A DNA stretch of 64,000 nucleotides from an uncultured Clostridia bacterium (GTDB lineage Bacteria; Bacillota; Clostridia; TANB77; CAG-508): assembly GCA_934167305.1 (NCBI GenBank), contig CAKPKQ010000003.1, forward strand, positions 2,638-66,637, given 5' to 3'. Shown here one piece after another: positions 17,378 to 26,478 of the stretch (position 1 is the first letter of the stretch; the number at the start of each line of letters is the position of its first letter). The position numbers and the translations under genes are program-made. The notes under the pieces were generated by a model. The model was not told the DNA's origin, ran no database searches, and saw only the letters and a list, made by a program, of their open reading frames with translations.

Positions 17378-20059
17378 ATGTGGTACACATTATCTACAAA
17401 AGAAGTAGAAAGACAAATGCAAACTAATATGGAGTTTGGATTAGATGAAAAACTGGTAGAGGACAAGCAAAAAAGGTTTGGGTTGAATAAGCTAGAAGAA
17501 AAGAAAAAAGAGAGTATAGTTATAAAATTCATAAAGCAATTTAATGATTTTATGATAATTATATTAATAATTGCCTCAATTATTTCAGCAGTAGTAGCAA
17601 AATTAGAAGGAAGCAATGATTATTTTGATTCAATTATAATAATTGCAATTGTAATATTTAATGCTATTATGGGATTAGTGCAAGAAGCAAAGGCAGAAAA
17701 ATCATTAGAAGCACTTAAAAAAATGACCGCACCAACATGTAAAGTGAAAAGAAATGGCAAAATATGCACCATAAAAAGCGAACAAGTAGTTCCAGGAGAT
17801 ATTGTATTATTAGAAGCGGGAAATTATGTGCCAGCAGATTGTAGATTAATTTCAAGCTCTAACTTAAAAATAGAAGAATCTAGCTTAACAGGTGAAACAG
17901 TACCAGTTTTAAAAGATGCTAATTGCATACTAAAAGAGAAGACAGCCTTAGGAGATATGGTAAATATGGCGTTTTCAACTACAATAGTAGTTAACGGTCA
18001 TGGAGAAGCAATTGTAACAGATACAGGAATGAACACAAAAGTAGGTAAAATTGCAAAAATGATTATTACAAATGAAGCTCCTGAAACACCAATTCAAAAG
18101 AAATTAGGAGAAGTGGGCAAGTCTTTAGGAATAGCATGTTTAGGTATTTGTTTATTAATATTTGTAATTGGACTTTTAAAGAAAATTGAACCAATAGAAA
18201 TGTTTATGACTTCAGTAGGATTAGCTGTAGCGGCAATACCAGAGGGGCTACCAGCAATAGTAACGATTATGTTATCAATTGGTGTAACAAAAATGGCAAA
18301 GAAAAACAGTATAATTAGAAAATTACCAGCAGTTGAAACCTTAGGTAGCAGTAGTGTTATATGTTCTGATAAAACAGGAACATTAACACAAAATAAAATG
18401 CAAGTTACTAAAATAGCAAATATAAATGGAGAAACTAATGATAAAGGGTACACTAAATGGTTGATGGGTATGGCTACAATGTGCACAGATGTGGAAATAT
18501 CAAGAGAAAATGGAAAAATAGAACTAACAGGAGAACCAACTGAAAAGGCAATAGTTAGCAAAGCTTTAGATGAAGGACAAAACAAAAATGAATTATATAA
18601 TGTAATGAAACGTGTAAAAGATATTCCATTTGATTCAAGTAGAAAAATGATGACAACAATTCACAAAATACCAAATGGATATAGAGTTATAACAAAGGGC
18701 GCACCAGATGTATTATTAAAAAGATGTAACAAAGTATATGAAAATGGAAATGTAACTGCATTAGATTATTCAAAAACTAAATTGATAGAAAATCAAAATA
18801 ATAAAATGGCAGATGAAGCTTTAAGAGTATTAGCAATAGCATATTTGGATATACCAAGTTTGCCAAACAAGATAGATAGTGAGAATATAGAAAAAAATCT
18901 AATCTTTATTGGATTAATAGGAATGATAGATCCACCAAGAGAAGGTGTGAAAGAGGCTGTTGCAACTTGCAAGAAAGCAGGAATAAAAACTGTAATGATT
19001 ACAGGAGATCATATAATAACAGCAAAAGCAATTGCGAAAGATTTAGGAATATTAAGAGGCAGTGATTTAGCAATTACAGGTGAAGAACTAGATAAAATAC
19101 CACAAGCTGTATTACAAAGAAACATTATGAATTATTCTGTTTTTGCAAGAGTGACACCAGAACACAAAGTTAGAATAGTTAAAGCATATCAGTCAACAGG
19201 TGCAGTAGTTGCAATGACAGGAGATGGAGTAAATGACGCACCAGCATTAAAAAATGCTGATATTGGAATTGCAATGGGAAAAAATGGCACAGATGTTGCT
19301 AAAAATGCAGCAGACATGGTTTTGACAGATGATAATTTTGTTACAATTGTTGAAGCTGTTAAACAAGGAAGAAATATATTTGATAATATAAAAAAGGCAG
19401 TACATTTTTTAATTGCAACAAATATTGGGGAAATTGTAACAATATTTTTAGGATTGCTATTAGGCTTAAAATCTCCACTTTTAGCTATTCAACTATTGTG
19501 GATAAACTTAGTAACTGATTCACTTCCAGCAATTGCTTTAGGATTAGAAAAACCAGAAGCAGATATAATGAATAAAAAACCTAGAGATAACAAAAAGGGA
19601 ATTTTTGCAGACGGACTATGGCAAAAAATAATTGCAGAGGGAATAATGTTAGGTGCTTTAACATTAGTGGCATTTAGCTTAGGAAATTATTTATATGGAA
19701 TAGAAGTTGCAAGAACAATGGCTTTTGTAAGTTTAGGACTGCTAGAATTAATCCACAGCTTTAATATAAAAAGTGAAGAATCAATATTTAAAGTAGGGTT
19801 ATTTGAAAATAAATATTTGCTAGGAGCATTTATTTTAGGAGCGATATTACAAGTGGTTGTAGTTGTAATTCCATCGGTAGCAGAAGTATTTAAACTTTTA
19901 CCATTAACTAAAGTACAATGGCTATATACATTTGGAATATCAGTATTACCGCTAATAATAATTGAATTGCAAAAAATGTTTGATAAGGTGGAAACAAAAT
20001 TTGAAAGAAAAGAATTCCAACATATTACGCAGAAAAAAAGGGAAGTACATAATACTTGA
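17378..20059 (+). CDS. Calcium-translocating P-type ATPase (SERCA/PMCA-like)
   Basis: 893 aa. Phosphorylation motif CSDKTGTLT. TGES-type TGETVP. Hinge TGDGVNDAPALK. About 10 TM segments. Confidence 0.92.
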   Translation: MWYTLSTKEVERQMQTNMEFGLDEKLVEDKQKRFGLNKLEEKKKESIVIKFIKQFNDFMIIILIIASIISAVVAKLEGSNDYFDSIIIIAIVIFNAIMGLVQEAKAEKSLEALKKMTAPTCKVKRNGKICTIKSEQVVPGDIVLLEAGNYVPADCRLISSSNLKIEESSLTGETVPVLKDANCILKEKTALGDMVNMAFSTTIVVNGHGEAIVTDTGMNTKVGKIAKMIITNEAPETPIQKKLGEVGKSLGIACLGICLLIFVIGLLKKIEPIEMFMTSVGLAVAAIPEGLPAIVTIMLSIGVTKMAKKNSIIRKLPAVETLGSSSVICSDKTGTLTQNKMQVTKIANINGETNDKGYTKWLMGMATMCTDVEISRENGKIELTGEPTEKAIVSKALDEGQNKNELYNVMKRVKDIPFDSSRKMMTTIHKIPNGYRVITKGAPDVLLKRCNKVYENGNVTALDYSKTKLIENQNNKMADEALRVLAIAYLDIPSLPNKIDSENIEKNLIFIGLIGMIDPPREGVKEAVATCKKAGIKTVMITGDHIITAKAIAKDLGILRGSDLAITGEELDKIPQAVLQRNIMNYSVFARVTPEHKVRIVKAYQSTGAVVAMTGDGVNDAPALKNADIGIAMGKNGTDVAKNAADMVLTDDNFVTIVEAVKQGRNIFDNIKKAVHFLIATNIGEIVTIFLGLLLGLKSPLLAIQLLWINLVTDSLPAIALGLEKPEADIMNKKPRDNKKGIFADGLWQKIIAEGIMLGALTLVAFSLGNYLYGIEVARTMAFVSLGLLELIHSFNIKSEESIFKVGLFENKYLLGAFILGAILQVVVVVIPSVAEVFKLLPLTKVQWLYTFGISVLPLIIIELQKMFDKVETKFERKEFQHITQKKREVHNT

Positions 20060-20084
20060 AAATTATGTAAATTTGGTATATAAT
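20056..20084 (+). promoter_or_regulatory. Sigma-A-type promoter (TTGAAA-17-TATAAT)
   Basis: -35 at 20056-20061 overlaps the ATPase stop codon. -10 at 20079-20084. Block homologous to 7741-7775. Confidence 0.55.
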
Positions 20085-20119
20085 TAATATACATCTGTTT
20101 TAGATGAAATTTATAAGGA

Positions 20120-20536
20120 GTGAGCATTGTGAAAAGAATTTACATTATTGGTGAGACCAAACGCGAAGAACAGCGGAAATTCTTGGAAAAGGTTTCGGAA
20201 CACTTTACGAATCATGGCTTTGCAATATACATGCCTCACCAGCATGTAAAAGATGAAGCGGATGTGGATGCCAAAAAATTTTATGCAATTCATATGAGCT
20301 TTTTAAAAAGCTCGTGCATGTTGGTAGCAGATATCTCTTCACCATCTTTGAGACTTGGAATTGAGCTTGAAAAGGCTAATTCCCTCAAAATTCCTATTTG
20401 TGTTTTGCACAAAAAAGAAAGCAGAGTGGACGAACTTGTGAAGGGAATGCCAATGGTGAGAAATATTATTCAGTATTCCTCTGAAGATGTGATGCTGGAA
20501 AATTTCGAGATGTATTTTGAAACATTGGGTCTTTAA
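20120..20536 (+). CDS. Nucleoside 2-deoxyribosyltransferase-like small protein, compositional outlier
   Basis: 138 aa with GTG start after AAGGAG. RIYIIGE beta-strand start and SLRLGIELEKANSLKIPICVL resemble the NDT/Rcl-like fold (inference). GC and codon usage differ from neighbours. Confidence 0.5.
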   Translation: MSIVKRIYIIGETKREEQRKFLEKVSEHFTNHGFAIYMPHQHVKDEADVDAKKFYAIHMSFLKSSCMLVADISSPSLRLGIELEKANSLKIPICVLHKKESRVDELVKGMPMVRNIIQYSSEDVMLENFEMYFETLGL

Positions 20537-20545
20537 ACTCCTTAA

Positions 20546-20577
20546 AGAGTGCCTAAAAAATTGGCACTCTTTTTTTA
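20546..20577 (+). terminator. Intrinsic terminator
   Basis: AGAGTGCC (20546-20553) / GGCACTCT (20563-20570) followed by a T-run. Confidence 0.85.
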
Positions 20578-20610
20578 TATTCTAAGAATTTAATCCTACT
20601 AGGAGTAAAT

Positions 20611-20680
20611 TTTGTAGAAGATAAATATGCGAATCACTAGAATTTCTAGCAGTTTGCACTGCGTAGAAATTCTTGTAATT
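20611..20680 (+). repeat. Inverted-repeat element copy B (GAATTTCTA-N15-TAGAAATTC)
   Basis: See copy A. Here the stem extends by GCAG/CTGC around the loop TTTGCA. Confidence 0.8.
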
Positions 20681-20762
20681 TGTTTTTATGTTATTTTTAT
20701 TGATATTTAGAAGTATATTGTATAAAATATAGATACAAAAATTTGAAAGGGGAAAATCTATA

Positions 20763-22733
20763 ATGAAGAAAACAAAATATTTAATTAAAATTTTTGCTAT
20801 GCTTATAATATTTATTGGGATTATTTTAATAAGCAATAAAGTAAAAGCAGGAAGCATTAATTTAAATAATTTGAATTTTGACATTCAACTAAATGAAGAT
20901 GGCAGTATGGATGTAGTAGAAAATTGGGATGCAAGTATTTCAAATACAAACACTATGTTCAAAGATTTTGATTTAGATAGTACAAAATTTAAAAAAATAA
21001 CTGATGTTGAAGTATATAGAGTTTATGGCGAAAACAATAAGAAAAAACTTACTGAAATTGATGAAGAAATGTACCATGTTACTGAAGATTGCTATTATGG
21101 TTTAAATGTCAGTGGAAACAGATTTGAAATAGCTTGGGGAGTTTCGGTAGATGGAACAGAAACAAGAAGCTATCAAGTTAAATACAAAGTAGTAGATGTA
21201 GTAAAAACTTATGCGGACTGCTCAGAAGTATATTGGAAATTAGTTGGAACAGATAATGAAGTACCTGTTACAAAGCTAACAGCAACAATAAAATTACCAA
21301 AAGAAGTATCTGATAAAAATAATGTTAGAGGCTGGGCGCATGGACCTTATAATGGCAATATATATATATATAATGACAGAGTGTATTTGGAAGTTGATTA
21401 TTTAACTACATCAACGATGGTAGAAGCAAGAATAGCTATTTTGGAAAATTTATTTCCAAGTAATGAAATAGTAGATAAGTCTATGCTTTCAGAAATTTTG
21501 TCAGAAGAACAGGAATGGGCAGAAAAGGCTAATAAAGAGAGAGAAGAATATATAATGCAAATGGAAAATGAGAAACGCATTGAAAAAATAGTAGAAGTTG
21601 TATTTTGTATAGTAGCTATTGCGTTAACTGTTCTTCTTACATATAACTTAATAAAAAACACAATAAAAACAAATAAAACAGTGGCAAGAAAAATGCCAGA
21701 ACTCGAGTATTTTAGAGATATTCCTAATAAAGAGGCATCTGCAGGAGATGCAGCATATTTATATTACCATAGAAATGGAAGTTTTAGAAAAAATATATCG
21801 AAAATATTATCAGCAACTTTATTACAATTATCATTAAAAAAATATATAGCATTTTCAGAAGATAAAACAAAGGCAAAACCACAAGTAAGAATAAATATTT
21901 TGAATAATACAGAACAATTAGAGTCATTAACAAATGATGAAAAAACAGTATTAAGTATACTTAAAAGTGTTACAAGAGAAACAAACAAAACTGGTGAAAT
22001 TGCTACTTTTACAATGAAAGAATTTGAAAAATATGCAAAGAAGAACTGTGAAACTTTTATGAGAAAAATAGATTCAATAGAATCAGAAGTAAAAACACAG
22101 CAAGTAACTTCAAAAAATTATTCGGACGAGAATGAAAAGATAGTTACTCAATATGCTACTAAAGCAATATTATATGTTACATTTGGAATAACTGGAGTAA
22201 TTGTTACAATACCACTTTTTCCATGGCTAACAATACCAGCAATACTTTTAATACTTAATTCTATACCACATTTTAGTATGGCTAAAAAAGTAAATGAACT
22301 AACAGATAAAGGACTAGAAGAAAAGGCAAAATGGGTAGGTCTTAAAAAATATATGGAAGACTTTTCTTTATTAAACGAAAGAGAAGTTCCAGATTTAAAA
22401 CTATGGGAAAAATACTTGGTATTTGCAACAGCCTTTGGAATTGCAGATAAAGTACTAAAACAATTAAAAATTAAATATCCAGAATTACAAAACATGGATG
22501 GATATGATTATGCATATATGCATATACTATATCATGGCTCATTAAATAATTCATTCCTAAATACACTTAATACATCAGTAAATAGAGTATATATGGGAGG
22601 AATGAGTGCAGAAGCTGCAAGAAGTGGTTATGATGGAAGTAACTTCTCATCAGGAGGAGGCTTTGGAGGAGGATTCTCTGGAGGTGGCGGAGGCCGGAGG
22701 TGGCGGAGGCCGGAATGGGCGGAAGATAAATAA
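20763..22733 (+). CDS. DUF2207-type membrane protein
   Basis: 656 aa. Signal/TM N-terminus, extracellular domain, three central TMs and a Gly-rich tail SSGGGFGGGFSGGGGG typical of DUF2207. Confidence 0.8.
   Translation: MKKTKYLIKIFAMLIIFIGIILISNKVKAGSINLNNLNFDIQLNEDGSMDVVENWDASISNTNTMFKDFDLDSTKFKKITDVEVYRVYGENNKKKLTEIDEEMYHVTEDCYYGLNVSGNRFEIAWGVSVDGTETRSYQVKYKVVDVVKTYADCSEVYWKLVGTDNEVPVTKLTATIKLPKEVSDKNNVRGWAHGPYNGNIYIYNDRVYLEVDYLTTSTMVEARIAILENLFPSNEIVDKSMLSEILSEEQEWAEKANKEREEYIMQMENEKRIEKIVEVVFCIVAIALTVLLTYNLIKNTIKTNKTVARKMPELEYFRDIPNKEASAGDAAYLYYHRNGSFRKNISKILSATLLQLSLKKYIAFSEDKTKAKPQVRINILNNTEQLESLTNDEKTVLSILKSVTRETNKTGEIATFTMKEFEKYAKKNCETFMRKIDSIESEVKTQQVTSKNYSDENEKIVTQYATKAILYVTFGITGVIVTIPLFPWLTIPAILLILNSIPHFSMAKKVNELTDKGLEEKAKWVGLKKYMEDFSLLNEREVPDLKLWEKYLVFATAFGIADKVLKQLKIKYPELQNMDGYDYAYMHILYHGSLNNSFLNTLNTSVNRVYMGGMSAEAARSGYDGSNFSSGGGFGGGFSGGGGGRRWRRPEWAEDK
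22681..22712 (+). repeat. Perfect 16-bp tandem duplication (GAGGTGGCGGAGGCCG x2) in the DUF2207 3' end
   Basis: Read directly: 22681-22696 is identical to 22697-22712. GC-rich in an AT-rich context. Length is not a multiple of 3. Confidence 0.9.
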
Positions 22734-22745
22734 TACAATAAAAAA

Positions 22746-22771
22746 AGTAGCCAGTTAATGGCTACTTTTTG
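22746..22771 (+). terminator. Intrinsic terminator after the DUF2207 gene
   Basis: AGTAGCC / GGCTACT stem plus T-run. Confidence 0.75.
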
Positions 22772-23008
22772 AAAATAAAAGGGGATGTTTTACTAATCTA
22801 TAGTCAATAATGGAGTAACTTATTATTGACTACATATATAATATACCAGTAGAATTTGTCCTTTGTGTGAATTCAAAGTGATTAATTTGCAAAATAGAAT
22901 TGTTTTATTGGGGACGAAAAATTGATTACAAATATCATAATAGGGAGCTTTTTTAATAAGCTCCCTATTTATTTCGTGTCAAAATTCTCTGCCACTAATG
23001 GCACATTT

Positions 23009-24046
23009 CTATTTATAAATATAGTTTTGTGGATTTACACTAACACCATTAATTTTAATTTCAAAGTGTAAGTGGTTACCTGTTGAATTACCAGTTGAAC
23101 CAACGGCAGCAATAACGTCACCAGCTTTAACTGTATCTCCAACTTTTGAATATAATTTACTACAGTGACCATAATAAATTTGTACACCATTACCACAGTC
23201 AACAATAATTAAATTACCATAACTTCCATTATCACCAGAAAATGTAACTTTACCATCACAAGCTGCTTTAATTTGTGTACCATATGGTGCAGCAATATCT
23301 AGTCCATTATGAGGGTAACTACGTATACTTTCTCTACTACCAAAACGTGAAGTAATAACACCAGAAATTGGTTTTTGAGCTAGATAAACACCATTTACAG
23401 AAGCATCATCAATTTTTTTAAGCTCTGTATTAACTTCTTTTGAAGCTACTTTAATGTCAACAGTTTCATACTCGTTTGAATCTTGTGTATATAACTCATT
23501 TATACCAATTGTAAATTTTATATCTTCATATTTTTCCTTCATATCTGCAACTAAATCTTCGGCCTCTTCTAATGAATCTACAACTGATTTTTGTTCGCCA
23601 TTTAAAGTTACAGCATAATATTTATATGTTATTTTTGCATTTTCTTCAATTTTTGATAAAACACTATCATTATTTATTTCAGTACCATTATCAACAAAAA
23701 CTAAACTATATTCTGGAGTTGCACAATCCACATATGCAATATTGTTAGTTCCTTCTAATGATAATATACTATTTACTTTATTTTCAATTAATTCTCTATT
23801 TTGAACATATCCAATATGTTCACCAGAAATACTTACTCTACATACAAGTTTATATTTCATAAAAATAACTGTCATGACAATAAATAAAGCAATTGCAATT
23901 AAATTAATTAGTTTAAATCCTTCTTTTGTGTAATATTTAATTTGCTTGTTTAAAATAAGATTCACACTCCTTTTTCTTTGCACGACATCTTCTATTATAC
24001 AACATATTGTGTACAATTTCAAATTAGTTATACTTACAAATACCAT
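23009..24046 (-). CDS. M23 (LytM-type) metallopeptidase with N-terminal TM anchor
   Basis: HNGLDIAAP and GNHLHFEI motifs. Start is uncertain: an AAAGGAG RBS sits just before a GTG near 23965, and the upstream ATG at 24046 lacks an RBS. Confidence 0.85.
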   Translation of the reverse strand: MVFVSITNLKLYTICCIIEDVVQRKRSVNLILNKQIKYYTKEGFKLINLIAIALFIVMTVIFMKYKLVCRVSISGEHIGYVQNRELIENKVNSILSLEGTNNIAYVDCATPEYSLVFVDNGTEINNDSVLSKIEENAKITYKYYAVTLNGEQKSVVDSLEEAEDLVADMKEKYEDIKFTIGINELYTQDSNEYETVDIKVASKEVNTELKKIDDASVNGVYLAQKPISGVITSRFGSRESIRSYPHNGLDIAAPYGTQIKAACDGKVTFSGDNGSYGNLIIVDCGNGVQIYYGHCSKLYSKVGDTVKAGDVIAAVGSTGNSTGNHLHFEIKINGVSVNPQNYIYK

Positions 24047-24216
24047 TCCAAAACAATCTTGGCAAAAATGGCAATCCTTTAATTGCTAAAAACAACTACT
24101 TATCTCGTTATTTTGCAATATTTCTCATTATTTCTTTAATTTTCTACTATTGACAAAAATATGCAAAAATAAACAGCTATTTTATGAAAATAGCTGCTTA
24201 AAACAATATATTGCAG

Positions 24217-25485
24217 TTATGGTTGTTCTTGAAGAGTAACTGTTATATCTTTTTTGTTACCATTACGATAAACTTTAAGTTTAATTGTATCACCAATTTG
24301 TTTTTGACCTTTAATTTCATTTAATTCATTCATTGTTGTAATAGTTTTTCCATCAGCCTCAATAATAACGTCACCAACTTTTAAACCAGCTTTTTCTCCA
24401 GCTGAAAAATCTTCAACTGTTTTGATATATACACCAACAACCAAGTTATTAGCTTTAGCGGTTTTTTCATCTAAATCAATTCCGCCAATTCCAATATAAG
24501 GTCTTTTTACTTTACTATACTGAATAAGTTGTTCATAAATGCTCTTTGTTGAATTAATTGGAATAGCAAAACCAACACCTTCAACACCTGTACCAGAAAG
24601 CTTTAAAGTATTAACACCAATAACTTGTCCTTTACTATTTACTAAGGCACCACCACTGTTACCAGTATTTATTGCAGCATCAGTTTGAATAGTTGTATAT
24701 TTATTTCCATCATCATCTGAAACTTCTCTATTAACAGCACTAACAATACCAGCTGTTACACTATTATCCAATCCTAAAGGGCTACCAATAGCCATTACAA
24801 ACTCTCCAACTTGAACTGAGCTAGAATCACCAAGTTCTGCAACAGCCAAACCATCTTTATCAATTTTTATAACAGCCAAATCAGTTTGTGAATCAGTTCC
24901 AACAATAGTTCCTGTATATTCTGTATCATCATTATACAATTTTACAGTAACTTTATTAGCTTTTTCGATTTCATAAAAAGAACCAGAACTAGAGCCAGTA
25001 GAATTTACAACGTGATTGTTAGTTAAAATATAACCATCTTCACTTATAATAATTCCAGAGCCTTTAGCAGTTACAGTTCCAGTAGAACGATTAAAAATAG
25101 AATTAACCGAATATTCCACACTAATTGCAACAATAGATGGTTGTACCTTTCTAGCAACTCCAATAGCTGTATCTGAATATCCTTGAAGCGAAATAAGTTG
25201 TGTATTTACAGAAGTGGTATTTTCAGAAGATTTGTTATCATTTGTTACATTTGTAACAACTAATTTTTCTAAAAATGCCTGTTTGATACTAGGAACACTA
25301 ACACATGCACCAATAGTGATGGCAGCGCCAAGTATACCACACATAAAAGGTAGAACTACCACTTTACCAAAACCAGCACCTCCTGATTTCTTTTTCTTTT
25401 CTGAATTATTAAAAGCTCTATAATTTACCTCAGTCGTAGTTGGGTTTACGCTTTTAAATTCTTGATCATTATTTTCGTCATTCAT
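24217..25485 (-). CDS. htrA: HtrA/DegP-family serine protease with PDZ domain
   Basis: 422 aa. N-terminal TM. TNNHVV (His), GNSGGAL (Ser). C-terminal PDZ (GLKVGDVIIEADG). Confidence 0.9.
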   Translation of the reverse strand: MNDENNDQEFKSVNPTTTEVNYRAFNNSEKKKKSGGAGFGKVVVLPFMCGILGAAITIGACVSVPSIKQAFLEKLVVTNVTNDNKSSENTTSVNTQLISLQGYSDTAIGVARKVQPSIVAISVEYSVNSIFNRSTGTVTAKGSGIIISEDGYILTNNHVVNSTGSSSGSFYEIEKANKVTVKLYNDDTEYTGTIVGTDSQTDLAVIKIDKDGLAVAELGDSSSVQVGEFVMAIGSPLGLDNSVTAGIVSAVNREVSDDDGNKYTTIQTDAAINTGNSGGALVNSKGQVIGVNTLKLSGTGVEGVGFAIPINSTKSIYEQLIQYSKVKRPYIGIGGIDLDEKTAKANNLVVGVYIKTVEDFSAGEKAGLKVGDVIIEADGKTITTMNELNEIKGQKQIGDTIKLKVYRNGNKKDITVTLQEQP

Positions 25486-25617
25486 TGAAAATTACCTCCA
25501 AACTTATATGAATATATTTTATCTTAAAACATAATTATCATACAATACATTTGTGAAAAAAATGTGAAAAAATTGTATTTTTTATTTGGCAATAAGAGTT
25601 TATTTGTCAAAATACAT

Positions 25618-25645
25618 TTGCAATTTCATTAAAATAATGTATAAT
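25618..25645 (+). promoter_or_regulatory. Candidate rnc promoter (TTGCAA-16-TATAAT)
   Basis: -35 at 25618-25623 and -10 at 25640-25645. This places the 47-nt repeat in the rnc 5' UTR. Confidence 0.45.
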
Positions 25646-25674
25646 AAAAAAGTAAAAAGAAAATAGTAAGATAG

Positions 25675-25721
25675 TGTTAAGCAGTCTATGAAAAATTGTA
25701 GCGGAGCACAATGTGCTCCAT
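25675..25721 (+). repeat. 47-nt repeat copy 1 with GGAGCAC-AAT-GTGCTCC hairpin
   Basis: 42 of 47 nt identical to 35122-35168. Hairpin at 25703-25719. Confidence 0.85.
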
Positions 25722-25764
25722 AAAAATAAAACTATCTAAATAATAAAATGAAGGGAGTGAAAAA

Positions 25765-26478
25765 ATGGAAAGTTTAGAAAAAAGTATTGGTTATACATTT
25801 AAAAATAAGGAATTATTAAAAAAGGCTCTAACACACACATCTTATGCATATGAGCATCATGTAGAAAGCAATGAAAAGTTAGAGTTTTTAGGGGATAGTA
25901 TTTTAGAGTTTTTATCAAGCAAATATATATATAATAACTATCCAAAACTAAAAGAAGGAGAAATGACTAAAGTGAGAGCCGAAGTCGTATGCGAAGACAG
26001 TTTATACTTAGTTGCACAAAGACATCATTTTAGTGATTTCTTATACTTAGGAAAAAGCGAAGCAGTAAGTCATGGAGACGCTAAACCAGCTATATTAGCT
26101 GATAGTGTTGAAGCAGTTATAGCAGCAATATATTTTGATGGAGGCCTAGAAGAAGCTGAAAAATTTATTATAACAAATTTAGCAGAGGCAGTAAAACATT
26201 CTAGTGCAAATGTAGGAATGAAAGATCATAAAACGGTATTACAAGAAAAACTACAAGAAAATGGTAGTGTTCATATAAGCTATAAGGTAATAAAAACAAG
26301 TGGACCAGACCATGATAAAACATTTACAGTAGAAGTATATTGTGAAGATAAACCATTAGCTGTTGGAGAAGGAAAAACAAAAAAACAAGCGGAAATGAAA
26401 GCCGCAGAAAAAGCACTATGTCAGTTTGGGGACGTTTCTTTAACTGACAAAAGTGTCACTTCGGGGACAGATCTTTAA
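25765..26478 (+). CDS. rnc: Ribonuclease III
   Basis: 237 aa. Signature EKLEFLGDSILEF. C-terminal dsRBD (GPDHDKTFTVEV..GEGKTKKQAEMKAAEKAL). The last 19 codons lie in the palindromic repeat. Confidence 0.93.
   Translation: MESLEKSIGYTFKNKELLKKALTHTSYAYEHHVESNEKLEFLGDSILEFLSSKYIYNNYPKLKEGEMTKVRAEVVCEDSLYLVAQRHHFSDFLYLGKSEAVSHGDAKPAILADSVEAVIAAIYFDGGLEEAEKFIITNLAEAVKHSSANVGMKDHKTVLQEKLQENGSVHISYKVIKTSGPDHDKTFTVEVYCEDKPLAVGEGKTKKQAEMKAAEKALCQFGDVSLTDKSVTSGTDL

Noticed and set aside
22908-22925. TTGGGGACGAAAAATTG (and GTGGGGACC at 46126), which combines motifs from the palindromic element and the 47-nt repeat
   Set aside because: These are isolated 7-10-nt matches. The number of GGGGAC occurrences outside the elements is about background, and no extended alignment exists.
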